DNA of 64,000 nucleotides from Oligoflexia bacterium (GCA_963758495.1 CAVWVI010000003.1:192001-256000); one strand, 5' to 3'; shown: positions 31,149-42,040, counted from the first letter of the stretch. Made by a program: numbers and translations. The notes: generated by a model from the letters alone, not told the origin.

Positions 31149-33169
31149 ACTTCCTCTAAGCTCCCCTCAGCACTAAAACCTGTTAAAACAGATGCGGCTG
31201 AAGTCATGACATTGTCCCGAGTCATTTCAGAAGCCAGTACGGCTACCTGACGCTCCCGAGATTCACCTATATGACTACTTTCAACCACCATGGGCAGAAT
31301 GCCAAAAGCAGGAACATCCAATGTAAAGCGATTCGCAGGTTCGGGCTTTTCTGTATGAGTATGAAGTGAATGAGCAACCGCCCCAGAAAATACAGTCCCT
31401 AGATCCGTAATTTGAACGTCCGATGGAAAAATTAAATCAGCGGTAACTTTACGTCGGGTGCCATTGAGGACAAAAACCGCAAGACCATCCGCTTTTCGTT
31501 CGAAGGGAATAATGGATAAACGACTATCACTCATTTTACAAAAGCATTCAATTTCTGCAATGGATAAAATGGAAGCTAAAAAGCTCTGCCATGCAGATAA
31601 AGGCTCACCCTTCATGGATAAACTATCAGGGGCATCATAAATGATCAGCTTACCATCACCTAATGCATGCAACCGGTAGGTCAAGCCTAGATCAAGTTCT
31701 ATTCGTTTGGTCTGCAATAAAACCTGATCCAGCTCTGTTCGAGCCATTTCGGAATAAAGCTGACTTCTAGGCAATACCACGACTCGACCTGCTTTTGCCC
31801 AGGCGGTCAATTTTTGAATCACCTCACGTGTCAAGATTAAGCTCGGATCGACTACCAAAAGATGCGCTGACCTTTCCCGTAAAATCAGATCTATGGATGA
31901 AACCATTTTAACGCCAGGACCTACTTTGCGAACTAACTCCTCCCATAAAGCTCCAGAAAAAGACCATAAATGAGGAGCTAAATAAAGAGCACGGGTTTTC
32001 AGTTCAAAGTCACCCTGGGAAAATGAACGACTGAGGGCTTCTACACGAGTTCTAAAACTGGAAGAAAGAGAAAACCACTCAGATTCATCCATAAGAATTC
32101 CGCCGCCCTGACCCCCAACGAGTAAAAGAGACTTCAATATCAAGAATTGCTTCTCAGCTTCAGTCAACATCCGGAAACCTCCCATGGAGGTCCAGTGAAT
32201 AAATGAAGGCGCCGGAGCTGAACAACCTAAAACAGATCGTGACGTCACCTCATCAATTAAATGAGAAAGCTTTGAAAAATCCGCACGCCCTCCTGAAACC
32301 ATCTGAAGAAAGTTGGAATAGGTCACTCCTGGATCAGCTTCCGGTGTGAAAAGTTCCATCTCTAGTGTTTTCAAGTTAGCTGATCTTTTACGAATCATCT
32401 GAAAAGAACGACTCCGAAATACATCTTCCGATTGCTGATAAAACCAGCGGCGATTTGTTTCTTCAATCAATCTGGTTTTCCAACGATTTGCAGCCGATGG
32501 CGTCGGGTCCATGAACTCACGCTGCGAAAAAAAGTGTTCAACTCGCTGACGGTAATTAAGCATGGCATGACTGGAAAAATCCCCTGCATTTCCACCAAAG
32601 GTATTTTGGGCGGATGCCAATGGAGAGCGATAATATTTCCAAAAACTCCCTGTCAAAACGGCGGTTACCCCTTTGAGTAAACCTGGCTGATTCTTCTCTA
32701 GCCCTGAAAACAAGCCATCCATTCGCCCTAAAAAACTATAGTAGCGTTTATTAAAGTCTGAAGCAAAAAGTGACGGTAAGGTAAAAGAATTAGGAGGAAG
32801 ATTAACTGTGATTTGACCCGATTGACAATGCTCTGCCATATTTTCTTTGCGCGAAATCACGTCTTTGGGCAATCCCGAATGAGGGTAATGAACCCCCACT
32901 TCAGGACTCAAAATGAGTAATACCGTCATATGTCTATCTGCAATCGCTTGCAGAAATCGAATCAGAGTATGAGAAATATCAGATTCAACTGCCTGCCATG
33001 GCACAAAGGTCGCAAGCTGCCTAACCCCGCGTTTGAGCAGCTCATCCAACCTTGCACTCATTTGCGACGGACGGATTTCCCAGTAATTAACTAATAACAC
33101 TATTGAGTATGGATTGACGTCTCCCCCAAGCATGTTATGAATTATGACACGTACTAAGCAAGGAGTCAC
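31139..33169 (-). CDS. Hypothetical protein, distantly beta-galactosidase (GH35/GH42)-like
   Basis: NYWEI...GVRQLATFVPWQAVE and SGLP resemble the GH35 N-terminus. True start probably slightly downstream. Confidence 0.6.
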   Translation of the reverse strand: MTPCLVRVIIHNMLGGDVNPYSIVLLVNYWEIRPSQMSARLDELLKRGVRQLATFVPWQAVESDISHTLIRFLQAIADRHMTVLLILSPEVGVHYPHSGLPKDVISRKENMAEHCQSGQITVNLPPNSFTLPSLFASDFNKRYYSFLGRMDGLFSGLEKNQPGLLKGVTAVLTGSFWKYYRSPLASAQNTFGGNAGDFSSHAMLNYRQRVEHFFSQREFMDPTPSAANRWKTRLIEETNRRWFYQQSEDVFRSRSFQMIRKRSANLKTLEMELFTPEADPGVTYSNFLQMVSGGRADFSKLSHLIDEVTSRSVLGCSAPAPSFIHWTSMGGFRMLTEAEKQFLILKSLLLVGGQGGGILMDESEWFSLSSSFRTRVEALSRSFSQGDFELKTRALYLAPHLWSFSGALWEELVRKVGPGVKMVSSIDLILRERSAHLLVVDPSLILTREVIQKLTAWAKAGRVVVLPRSQLYSEMARTELDQVLLQTKRIELDLGLTYRLHALGDGKLIIYDAPDSLSMKGEPLSAWQSFLASILSIAEIECFCKMSDSRLSIIPFERKADGLAVFVLNGTRRKVTADLIFPSDVQITDLGTVFSGAVAHSLHTHTEKPEPANRFTLDVPAFGILPMVVESSHIGESRERQVAVLASEMTRDNVMTSAASVLTGFSAEGSLEEVWN

Positions 33170-33173
33170 CTGA

Positions 33174-34334
33174 ATGTGGTTTTTTTCTGAAGAACATCAT
33201 ATGCTCAAGGAAACCGTCCATCAATTTTCCATCGAAGAGCTCGCACCTAAAATCGAAAAGTTGGATCATGAAGAAGGTTTTAATCGTGAAGCTTTTCATA
33301 AAATGGGCGACTTAGGGCTTCTTGGAATTACCGTCCCCGAAGAAGATGGGGGTGCAGGATTAGATGCTGTTGCCGCAACAATAACTATGGAAGAAATGGG
33401 TGCAATTGATGCATCTACTACCTTATCCTACCTTGCCCACACCATACTCTGTGTGAATCAAATTGGAAAAAACGGCTCTCCGGAACAGAAGAAAAAATAT
33501 TTACCTAAACTCATCAGTGGAGAGTGGCTGGGTGGAATGGGAATGTCGGAGCCTGATTGCGGTTCTGACGCACTGTCCATGAAAACCAAGGCAATACAAA
33601 AAGAAGACTCTTATATCGTGAGTGGTTCAAAGACTTGGATCACAAATGGACCGAATGGTGATATTTTCTATTGCTACGCTAAAACGGGTACCTCAAAAAA
33701 GGACATCTCTACATTTATTATCGAACGAAGCATGGACGGTTTTTCTACAGGAAAAAAATTTTCAAAAATGGGAATGCGAGCTTCCCCTACCGGCGAACTT
33801 GTGTTTGACAACTGTAAAGTAGCAGCAAGTAACCGCGTAGGAAAAGAAGGCGAGAGCATTAAAATGATGATGCTCAACCTCGACCTGGAACGAATTACGA
33901 TTTCAGGAATTTCATTAGGAATTGCGCGTTCTGCCATTGAGGTCGCTTGCCAATATGCCAAAGAGCGAAAGGCCTTTGGAAAACCTATTGGTGCTTTTCA
34001 GCAAATCCAAGAGCGACTTACTGAGGCGTCTGCTTGGTACGAGGCTTGTCGCAGCTTAACTTACCAAGCGGCTAAAATGTGGGATCTTGGACTCATGGAC
34101 AGCAAAGAAGGATCCATGATGGCCGCCAAAGCCAAGCTACAAAGTGCTCAAATGGCAACTCAAGTTGCATTGGATGCCATTCAAATTCTAGGGGGCTATG
34201 GGTACACTCGAGAATTTCCCGTTGAAAGATACATGCGTGATGCAAAACTCATGGAGATTGGAGCAGGCACCAATGAAATTCTTCGGATTATCATTGCGAG
34301 ACAAATGCTAGGAAATGAAGTGATGGATGCATGA
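33174..34334 (+). CDS. Acyl-CoA dehydrogenase (isovaleryl-CoA dehydrogenase-like)
   Basis: SYLAHTILCVNQI, MSEPDCGSD, KTWITNG, RDAKLMEIGAGTNEI. Confidence 0.92.
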   Translation: MWFFSEEHHMLKETVHQFSIEELAPKIEKLDHEEGFNREAFHKMGDLGLLGITVPEEDGGAGLDAVAATITMEEMGAIDASTTLSYLAHTILCVNQIGKNGSPEQKKKYLPKLISGEWLGGMGMSEPDCGSDALSMKTKAIQKEDSYIVSGSKTWITNGPNGDIFYCYAKTGTSKKDISTFIIERSMDGFSTGKKFSKMGMRASPTGELVFDNCKVAASNRVGKEGESIKMMMLNLDLERITISGISLGIARSAIEVACQYAKERKAFGKPIGAFQQIQERLTEASAWYEACRSLTYQAAKMWDLGLMDSKEGSMMAAKAKLQSAQMATQVALDAIQILGGYGYTREFPVERYMRDAKLMEIGAGTNEILRIIIARQMLGNEVMDA

Positions 34335-34366
34335 AATGACGCAAGCATTAAAGGAACTACTTATAA

Positions 34367-35515
34367 ATGATGAATTTTAATGAGACGCCCATTCAAAATG
34401 AACTTCGAGATCTTACACGTAAATTTCTTGAGAAAGAACTCTCTCCCTTAATCGAAGATGATGAAAAAAATGAACGATTTCGCCCTGAGATCATACAAAA
34501 ATTAGGTGAACTCGGCCTCACTGGAATTCCTGTTTCAGAAAAGTACGGCGGAGCGGGGCTAGGTTACCAAGAATATATCGTAGCACTGGAAGAAATCGCT
34601 GCCATAAACTTAGGTTACGCGATCAGTATCGCGGTGAGCGGGCTCACTCAAATCATTATTCTTTTATTTGGAAATGAAAAACAAAGAGCAAAATATATCC
34701 CACCTCTCGCCAGAGGTGAAGCCATTGGCGCTTTTAGCCTCTCAGAAGCCGGGTCGGGTTCCGATGCAGCGAATTTGCGCACAACGGCAAAAAAAGATGG
34801 CGACTATTACCTGATCACAGGTTCTAAACTCTGGACCACACAAGGTGATCTCGCCAGTACTTTGATTGTCTTAGCAAGAACAGGCGGCCCTGGAGCTCAA
34901 GGAATCTCTGCTTTCATAGTTGAAAAAGGAATGCCGGGATTTCAATACGGCAAGAGAGAAAAGAAAATGGGCTGTCACACTTCTCATACCATGGAACTCT
35001 TATTCAATCAGGTAAAGGTTCCAGCTGATCATTTAATTGGAAAAGAAGGTGATGGATTTAAGATTGCGATGACCGCATTAGATAGTGGAAGAATCACCAT
35101 AGGTGCTGCTGCCATAGGAATTGCAAGAGCAGCACTTCATGTGGCGATTCACCACTCTCAACAAAGAGAGCAATTTGGAAAACCTATTTCAGAATTTCAG
35201 GGTATCTCCTTTATGCTAGCAGATATGGCTGTACAATTAGACGCAGCCGAACTTCTTGTGAAGCGAGCCGCTTTTTTAAAAGACTCTGAAAAATCCTATA
35301 GCCAGGAAGCTGCCATGGCAAAGCTTTTTGCAACCGATATGGCTATGAAAGTCACAACAGATGCTGTTCAGATCCTAGGCGGATCGGGATACACACAAGA
35401 CTTTCCAACTGAACGATATATGAGAGAAGCAAAAGTATTGCAAATTGTAGAAGGAACCAATCAAATTCAAAGAATGATTATTGGTCGAAACTTAACCGCA
35501 TCGCTTAACCCTTGA
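34367..35515 (+). CDS. Acyl-CoA dehydrogenase
   Basis: LSEAGSGSDA, GRITIGA, REAKVLQIVEGTNQIQR. Confidence 0.93.
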   Translation: MMNFNETPIQNELRDLTRKFLEKELSPLIEDDEKNERFRPEIIQKLGELGLTGIPVSEKYGGAGLGYQEYIVALEEIAAINLGYAISIAVSGLTQIIILLFGNEKQRAKYIPPLARGEAIGAFSLSEAGSGSDAANLRTTAKKDGDYYLITGSKLWTTQGDLASTLIVLARTGGPGAQGISAFIVEKGMPGFQYGKREKKMGCHTSHTMELLFNQVKVPADHLIGKEGDGFKIAMTALDSGRITIGAAAIGIARAALHVAIHHSQQREQFGKPISEFQGISFMLADMAVQLDAAELLVKRAAFLKDSEKSYSQEAAMAKLFATDMAMKVTTDAVQILGGSGYTQDFPTERYMREAKVLQIVEGTNQIQRMIIGRNLTASLNP

Positions 35516-35527
35516 GGTATTCATTCC

Positions 35528-36874
35528 ATGGCTGTCACTGCATCGCGTCTTGGTAGTGCTCCAATCACTCTAGATTGGTCTAATATTCCACGTAAATACG
35601 AGCCTGATTTTCAACAACTCAGTGAAGCCTGGAATCAACTTAAACAACGATTGAATCCCTCAGATGTGGGTTTTTACAATGCACCCTCAAATGACGACCT
35701 ATCCCAAGCCAGTGCTTCACAAAGTTTAGCAGAGACCCTCCTCAGAAAAAATATTTTTACAGATTGTCTCTTTCTAGGTATTGGTGGCAGCGCATTAGGT
35801 CCGATTAGCCTTTTATCCAGTCTCCAAGAAAAGTGCTCCTCTCATATCCGATTTCATTTTGTAGAAAACCCTGATCCTACAGACTGGAAAACCACGCTCA
35901 GCAAGTTAAGCCCTCACTCTACTTTGGTTTGTGCCGTAACTAAGTCAGGCACTACCTTTGAAACCATGGCTCAAACCTTGTTGGCTCTGGAATGGCTAGG
36001 AAAAGAACGATGGAAAACTCATCTCGTCATTATTACAGACCCTTCTCAAGGGGATCTCAGAGCCTTTGCCAATCACGAAGGGATTCAATCCCTTTCTATT
36101 ACGCCCTCGATAGGAGGAAGATTTAGTGTCTTTACGCCTGTTGGACTTTTTCCAGCAGCCTTGGCCGGACTTTCCATTCAGGCTTTCTTAAATGGAGCAA
36201 AACAAGTACACGATTATATTGAGAAAGCAGCTATCGAAAAAAATCCTATTTTTATTTTAGCAGGCGAACTCATTCGGCAATACCCAAAAAGACCCATCCA
36301 TGTATGTATGCCTTATTCCACACGATTGAGATTATTTGGAAATTGGTTTTCTCAACTTTGGGGTGAAAGCTTAGGCAAAGAGGGTAAAGGATTCACTCCG
36401 ATTGCTGCAGTGGGAGCCACTGATCAACATAGCATTTTACAACTTCTACGCGATGGCCCCGACGATAAAATAACATTTTTCTTAACGATCGATCAGGTCG
36501 AAGATGAAGTTAAAATCCCAAAAAGTCCAACCACATTGAATCGGAGTACCTATTCAGCATTTAAAATTCTTGAAGATCATACCCTTCACGAACTTTTAGG
36601 CATCGAACAACGCGCCATTTCCTTAGTACTCACGAAACAAGGGCGCCCTCATATTACCATCCGAATTGATCGACTCGATGAGAGATCCTTAGGTGCCCTT
36701 TATTTTGCTTTTTCTACACTCACGGCATTCACAGGAACACTTTGGGGACTGAATCCTTTTGATCAGCCTGGCGTTGAAGAAGGTAAAATTTATATTCGCC
36801 AGGCCTTAAGCCAAGAACCGAGTGCAGAAGAAGACGATACTGCCTATGCTCGCTTAAGAGGCACTCGTTCTTAG
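35528..36874 (+). CDS. pgi: Glucose-6-phosphate isomerase
   Basis: GIGGSALG, KSGTTFET, GGRFSV, QLWGESLGK, NPFDQPGVEEGK. Confidence 0.95.
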   Translation: MAVTASRLGSAPITLDWSNIPRKYEPDFQQLSEAWNQLKQRLNPSDVGFYNAPSNDDLSQASASQSLAETLLRKNIFTDCLFLGIGGSALGPISLLSSLQEKCSSHIRFHFVENPDPTDWKTTLSKLSPHSTLVCAVTKSGTTFETMAQTLLALEWLGKERWKTHLVIITDPSQGDLRAFANHEGIQSLSITPSIGGRFSVFTPVGLFPAALAGLSIQAFLNGAKQVHDYIEKAAIEKNPIFILAGELIRQYPKRPIHVCMPYSTRLRLFGNWFSQLWGESLGKEGKGFTPIAAVGATDQHSILQLLRDGPDDKITFFLTIDQVEDEVKIPKSPTTLNRSTYSAFKILEDHTLHELLGIEQRAISLVLTKQGRPHITIRIDRLDERSLGALYFAFSTLTAFTGTLWGLNPFDQPGVEEGKIYIRQALSQEPSAEEDDTAYARLRGTRS

Positions 36875-36940
36875 ATTTACTGAAATAAGTGCTAGAAATA
36901 ATTGGCGCTCTACGGAATATAGTCTTACTCTAAGAGTATC

Positions 36941-37876
36941 ATGGTATGTCCAGCTGATTCGTCAGATGATACAACAGATAAGACCACCGTTATTCAAGCC
37001 GACCAAAGTACCTTAAATAAGGAGCTCCAAAAGGCCAAAGAGCAAGAGGCTTGCCTTATTATCATTCGAGGAACGCCTCCAGGACATCGCTTTTTTATTA
37101 CGCAATCAGAAATGACTATTGGAAGAGATCCTTCGGCAGAAGTGCTTGTTTCCGATCAAAGCATTTCGAGAAAACATGCGAAAATTACAAAAGAGGGTAA
37201 AGAGGTCAAGATCATCGATTTGGGTTCTTCGAATGGAACCTATATCAATAATAAAAAGATCCAACCTGGCGTCCCTGTCCTCCTCGCAAAAGAAGATATG
37301 ATTAAACTTGCCAATACTATTCTGAAATTTTTACCGGCAGGTGAAATTGAAATCCTCTTTTATGGAAATTTGAATTCAGCCGCTCATACTGACCCTATGA
37401 CGCGGATCTACAATAAAGGCTATTTAATCGAGGCACTCGAAGCTGAGTTTAAAAGAGCCAAAGCCCTTCATACGGAATTTAGCCTGATCTTTTTTGATTT
37501 GGATCACTTTAAAAAAGTCAATGATACTTACGGTCATGATGCAGGCGATTATGTTTTGAAGGAAATCACAAGTTTAATCAACTCTAATTATATTCGCCCA
37601 AAGGATGTCTTTGCCCGATATGGAGGAGAAGAATTTGTGATTCTCCTTTCAAACACGAATGCTCAAGCCGCAGCAAAACTCGCAGAAACCATGCGTGCCG
37701 CAGTAGAAACTCATGCGTTTATCTACGAAGGGAAGAGACTTGCCGTCACCACCAGCATAGGTATTGCTGAACTTCAACCCGCTATTGAATCAGCACAAAC
37801 TCTGATTAAATTAGCTGATAAAGCCCTCTATTCTGCAAAAACAAATGGGCGTAACCAAGTGATTATCGCCACTTGA
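36941..37876 (+). CDS. FHA-GGDEF diguanylate cyclase (Bdellovibrio DgcB-like)
   Basis: FHA (IGR, SRKHA, GSSNGT), RPKD I-site, GGEEF active site. Confidence 0.92.
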   Translation: MVCPADSSDDTTDKTTVIQADQSTLNKELQKAKEQEACLIIIRGTPPGHRFFITQSEMTIGRDPSAEVLVSDQSISRKHAKITKEGKEVKIIDLGSSNGTYINNKKIQPGVPVLLAKEDMIKLANTILKFLPAGEIEILFYGNLNSAAHTDPMTRIYNKGYLIEALEAEFKRAKALHTEFSLIFFDLDHFKKVNDTYGHDAGDYVLKEITSLINSNYIRPKDVFARYGGEEFVILLSNTNAQAAAKLAETMRAAVETHAFIYEGKRLAVTTSIGIAELQPAIESAQTLIKLADKALYSAKTNGRNQVIIAT

Positions 37877-38131
37877 AACAGGGCAAAAGAACCTTTTTTA
37901 TCAGATAAAGTGAATTTCTGGACTTCAGGCACCTGGACTCGGGAAGCCGGCAGCAGGACTCAGGTACCATGGTGCCTGGCGTGTTATCTGTTCCGTTTTT
38001 TAAGTACTATTCACAACTCTTATCACGCTACTTTGGCTCTGTCCGAATAGAGATCAGTCCTCAAAAACTGATCCTCATCCCTATAACTGGACCCAGCACG
38101 AAGTCTACACGGACCTTTTTCCTATTCCCAT

Positions 38132-38521
38132 TCATTCTACTTTACGAAAACGTTGCTCTACCCATTCCCGCAAAGAACGCACTAACGTAAGTGATTTCTG
38201 TCGATCTAAGATTTTATCTGAGCTTTCATCATATCGGAAAGTGACCGCATATGGGGTCAACTCTTCAAGATCATCGTCCAAAAACGGGATTGTAATTTGG
38301 CTTTGTACTAATAAATCGATAAGAACACTCAAATCATGTGTTTTTGGAAAAATGACTTTTGCATTTGATAGAATTGCTTTTAGTAGCTTTTCAACAGCTT
38401 GTTGCGCATGAAAGCCAAAAATCGAATCCGCAATTTGCGTTTCTGTTAAAATAGACTTTAAAAGTTCTTCGTCTTCTTTTGCTTTCTTTAAAAACAATAA
38501 GTGATCACTAGGCTGCTTCAT
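38132..38521 (-). CDS. HEPN-domain protein
   Basis: FHAQQAVEKLLKA, KTHDL, YAVTFRY. Confidence 0.9.
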   Translation of the reverse strand: MKQPSDHLLFLKKAKEDEELLKSILTETQIADSIFGFHAQQAVEKLLKAILSNAKVIFPKTHDLSVLIDLLVQSQITIPFLDDDLEELTPYAVTFRYDESSDKILDRQKSLTLVRSLREWVEQRFRKVE

Positions 38522-38831
38522 ACAGAACTTTTCCTTCTTTTGCCGCCCAGTAGTATACATTGGAGGGATGGGAGGAGCGTTCTAAAAATTCAGCTTCCGA
38601 AATAACTAATATATCTATTGGAAAAATGATTCCCCGCAGGGCTTTGCGTAACCGAACCATTTCAGAATGTTTTGATTTTACAGAGGTCTCAATCACCAAT
38701 ATGTCAATATCTGAATCAGGTCCAAAGTTTCCACGAGCAAACGAGCCAAAAAGGATCAATTTCTTGGGATGTGCAGCGGATATCAATCGTCGAGTGATTT
38801 CTGCAATTGCGAGCTTGGGTTGTGTTAACAT
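38508..38831 (-). CDS. Minimal nucleotidyltransferase (MNT)
   Basis: LFGSFARG...SDIDILV; overlaps the HEPN gene. Confidence 0.92.
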   Translation of the reverse strand: MLTQPKLAIAEITRRLISAAHPKKLILFGSFARGNFGPDSDIDILVIETSVKSKHSEMVRLRKALRGIIFPIDILVISEAEFLERSSHPSNVYYWAAKEGKVLYEAA

Positions 38832-39152
38832 GCGGTTCTAAGTTTGGCACTAAAACCAAAATTCGTCAAAGTAACATTCCAAAAAGCCAAGGTAAACCAA
38901 GGGCGGCTCCGATCAAAAAGCTACCATCGACACGTTGTTTTATTTGAAGTCAACAATCAGTTGCTACCGTAGGTATATAGTATGAGGCTAAATTCAGAAC
39001 TGCGCTGGAAGCGGCACGAAGGCACTGGCGCCAGGTACCATTGGTGCCTGAAGTCCAGAAATTCACTTTATCCGATTAAAAAAGTTTCTTTTACCCTTCA
39101 CCTAAAAGACGGATCTCTTGCCTTCTTTTTAAGACCATGATGAAGTGCGCAA

Positions 39153-41057
39153 ATGGAAAAAGCTCGAAAGATCCATTTACTTGCACCCAGTGTCGCAGAA
39201 AGAATCGCGGCGGGTGAAGTCATTGAACGACCCGCAAGCGTAGTAAAAGAACTGATTGAAAATTCTTTAGATGCCGGCTCTACGGAAGTCGCTGTTCTTT
39301 TGGAGGATGGTGGCAAAAGTCTCATAGAAATTATTGATAATGGGGAAGGCATGGCCCCCCCTGATTTAGAACTCTGCATCGAGAGGCATGCGACCAGCAA
39401 GCTGAGTTCATTAGATGATCTAGACCGAATTCATACCTTGGGTTTTAGGGGTGAAGCATTATCCAGTATTGCTGCTGTTTCTGATCTGACTTTATTTTCA
39501 CGAACGAAGACTTCAACTTCGACTTATGAGCTTTCTGTAGGAGAACTTACCCAGCGAATTCTCCAACAACCCCAGGCTCAAAAAGTAACTTTTGGAAATT
39601 TTATTGACTCTCCTCATGGAACCCTGATTCGCGCGAGGGGACTTTTTTCTCAAATCCCTGCTCGACTGAAGTTTTTAAAATCTCAAGGGGCAGAGGTTTC
39701 TCAAGTCAGAGACTGGCTAGAGCGTTTATCGCTCGCCTATCCTCAAGTCGGATTTCGCCTCATGAGCGATGATCGCACTCTTTTAAATCTAAGGCCCCAA
39801 GATGAAAAATCGCGGGTACAGACTATCCTTTCAGGTGGCGAAGATTATCCGCTCATTACCGCTTCAAATGAGCAGAATGGATATCAAGATCTTGGATTTC
39901 GAGTGAGGGTTCATTGGCTTCAAGGGCTCAGCTCACCCAATTCCAGGAGACTCATTCAAATTGTTAACTCTCGTGCCGTCCGAGATCGAATGATTCAACA
40001 AGCTGTACTGGCACCTTTTCGGCAGGCGCTTTTGCCTGGGCAATTCCCGGCAGTTGCTATTTTCATTGATATTAATCCTGCTGCAGTTGACGTGAATGTT
40101 CATCCCACAAAGACGGAAATCCGCTTTTTAGATAGCTCAAAAGTTTTTCGCTCCATTGAATCCCTGATTAAATCCATGATTGCCAAAAATGGGGCTCCAG
40201 CCTTTGCACCTACCCAAACAGCTGACAGTCCTTCTGTCACATGGAGTGGCTTTTCGAATGGGTTTTCAAGTTCACCTCCTCTCTCCAGTCCTCCCCCGGT
40301 TTGGAAAACAGCCGAAAACTTTACCCAATCTGACTTAATCGATCAGAGTCATTTGACGCCTCAGCAGCCCTTCACTCAATCTCCTTTACCTTCAATGCCT
40401 CACCCTTCTTCTTCGCTCGGACCTTTTTATCCAGCAAGAAAAGTGGGAGTTCTTTTTAATACTTATATAGTCTATGAAAGTTCAGAAGAACTCATCCTAG
40501 TCGATCAACACGCAGCACATGAGCGAATTCGATATGAAAAACTTCGTGAGCGAATTTTAGGCCCTACTCTAACCTCTCCTCACTCGTCCCCCATTCTTTC
40601 TGCTCAGGCCCTTTTAATCCCGGAAGTCACACGATTTAAAGCTGAGGAAAGGTCCTTACTGGAAGGACGACTGAACTGGATCCTCAAGATGGGATTTGAA
40701 GCTGAAATTTTTGGTGAAGATACTTTAGTTTTTCGCGCCGTTCCTGCAGAATGGGGAACAAAGCAACTCAAGCCCCGACTGAAAAATCTTGTCGACCGCC
40801 TCATGAATTTTGAAACAACGAATTTTGAAACTCCTGAGTCTCATGTCATCTTAGATGAAACTCTTTTTGAAGCTCTTGCCAGTGAAGCTTGTCACTCCGC
40901 TATTCGAGCGGGAGATTCATTAGAACACGAAGAAGTTCAAAATCTTGCCGAACAACTTTTTCAATGCGAGCACCCCTGGAACTGCCCTCACGGTCGGCCC
41001 ACCGTAGTCAAAATTCCTCAGGGTAAATTTGAAGAATGGTTTCAGAGAAAAGTCTGA
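39153..41057 (+). CDS. mutL: DNA mismatch repair protein MutL
   Basis: IAAGEVIERPASVVKELIENSLDAG, GFRGEAL, DQHAAHER, CPHGRP. Confidence 0.97.
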   Translation: MEKARKIHLLAPSVAERIAAGEVIERPASVVKELIENSLDAGSTEVAVLLEDGGKSLIEIIDNGEGMAPPDLELCIERHATSKLSSLDDLDRIHTLGFRGEALSSIAAVSDLTLFSRTKTSTSTYELSVGELTQRILQQPQAQKVTFGNFIDSPHGTLIRARGLFSQIPARLKFLKSQGAEVSQVRDWLERLSLAYPQVGFRLMSDDRTLLNLRPQDEKSRVQTILSGGEDYPLITASNEQNGYQDLGFRVRVHWLQGLSSPNSRRLIQIVNSRAVRDRMIQQAVLAPFRQALLPGQFPAVAIFIDINPAAVDVNVHPTKTEIRFLDSSKVFRSIESLIKSMIAKNGAPAFAPTQTADSPSVTWSGFSNGFSSSPPLSSPPPVWKTAENFTQSDLIDQSHLTPQQPFTQSPLPSMPHPSSSLGPFYPARKVGVLFNTYIVYESSEELILVDQHAAHERIRYEKLRERILGPTLTSPHSSPILSAQALLIPEVTRFKAEERSLLEGRLNWILKMGFEAEIFGEDTLVFRAVPAEWGTKQLKPRLKNLVDRLMNFETTNFETPESHVILDETLFEALASEACHSAIRAGDSLEHEEVQNLAEQLFQCEHPWNCPHGRPTVVKIPQGKFEEWFQRKV

Positions 41058-42022
41058 GTGACTCAACCCAAATGATCCAAACTCTAAAAACACCCACTAT
41101 AGGCATTCTCACCGGCCCGACTGCTACTGGAAAATCAAGCCTTGCTTTGGAATTAGCCACTCACCACAGAAATATAGAAATCATCAATGCCGATAGCTTA
41201 TTGGTGTACCGGGGAATGAATATTGGAACGGCAAAACCCACCCCCCAAGAATTAGCGCAGGTACCTCATCACCTGATTGATATCCGAGACCCGAATGAAT
41301 CCTTTACTGCGGGGGAATTCTGCCGAGCAGCTGAAGCGGCGATTCAAGCGATTCAGAATAAAGGAAAACGTGTGCTGATCGTAGGAGGCACTGGATTCTA
41401 TCTGAAATCTTTACTCTTCGGGCTTTGGGACGCTCCCGCTGCTGATTTAAACTTCAGGAAAGAGCTAGACGAAAAAACAAACCCACAGCTTTTCCGAGAA
41501 CTTGAGCAAAGAGATCCTCCCTCGGCCCTCCGAATTGGACAATCCGATCGATACCGTCTCGTGCGGGCTTTAGAAATCATTCACTTAACAGGCCGATCCC
41601 CTACTGAACTTCAATCTCATGTTAAAAAAGAAGCTGATCCAAGATTTAAGCTCTGGATTATCGATCGCTCGACTTCAGAATTAACCCAAAGAATTGAACA
41701 AAGAACTCAAGCCATGCTCCACCAAGGTTTAATTGAGGAGTTTAAGTCATTGCAGCTTCAATTTCCTGGAAGTCGATCACTCGAATCCATTGGTTACAAA
41801 CAGGTTGCTCATTACTTAGCGGCTCGACAACCCCCAGGGAGAAAAGTGAAATCAGGCTTAGAGGGACTGAGTGATGAAATCCAACTGGCTACCAGACAAC
41901 TTGTGAAAAGCCAGCGGACATGGTTTAGAAATCAAAGTTTACATGTTTCTTCTTCAATCTGGTTTAATCTGGACTCAGAATGCAGCAAGCTTGAGGAAGC
42001 ATTTAAATCGATGTACTTATAG
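41036..42022 (+). CDS. miaA: tRNA dimethylallyltransferase
   Basis: GPTATGKS, DSLLVYRGMNIGTAKP, VGGTGFY, QRTWFR. The start may be 41072. Confidence 0.96.
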   Translation: MVSEKSLSDSTQMIQTLKTPTIGILTGPTATGKSSLALELATHHRNIEIINADSLLVYRGMNIGTAKPTPQELAQVPHHLIDIRDPNESFTAGEFCRAAEAAIQAIQNKGKRVLIVGGTGFYLKSLLFGLWDAPAADLNFRKELDEKTNPQLFRELEQRDPPSALRIGQSDRYRLVRALEIIHLTGRSPTELQSHVKKEADPRFKLWIIDRSTSELTQRIEQRTQAMLHQGLIEEFKSLQLQFPGSRSLESIGYKQVAHYLAARQPPGRKVKSGLEGLSDEIQLATRQLVKSQRTWFRNQSLHVSSSIWFNLDSECSKLEEAFKSMYL

Positions 42023-42040
42023 CAGAAGGCTGGAAATTTA

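Larger units (their letters stand above)
37880..39097. mobile_element. About 1.2-kb inverted-repeat-bounded module carrying an MNT-HEPN pair
   Basis: Perfect 30-bp inverted repeat (37904-37933 and 39043-39072) extending imperfectly to about 54 bp; no transposase inside. Confidence 0.6.
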
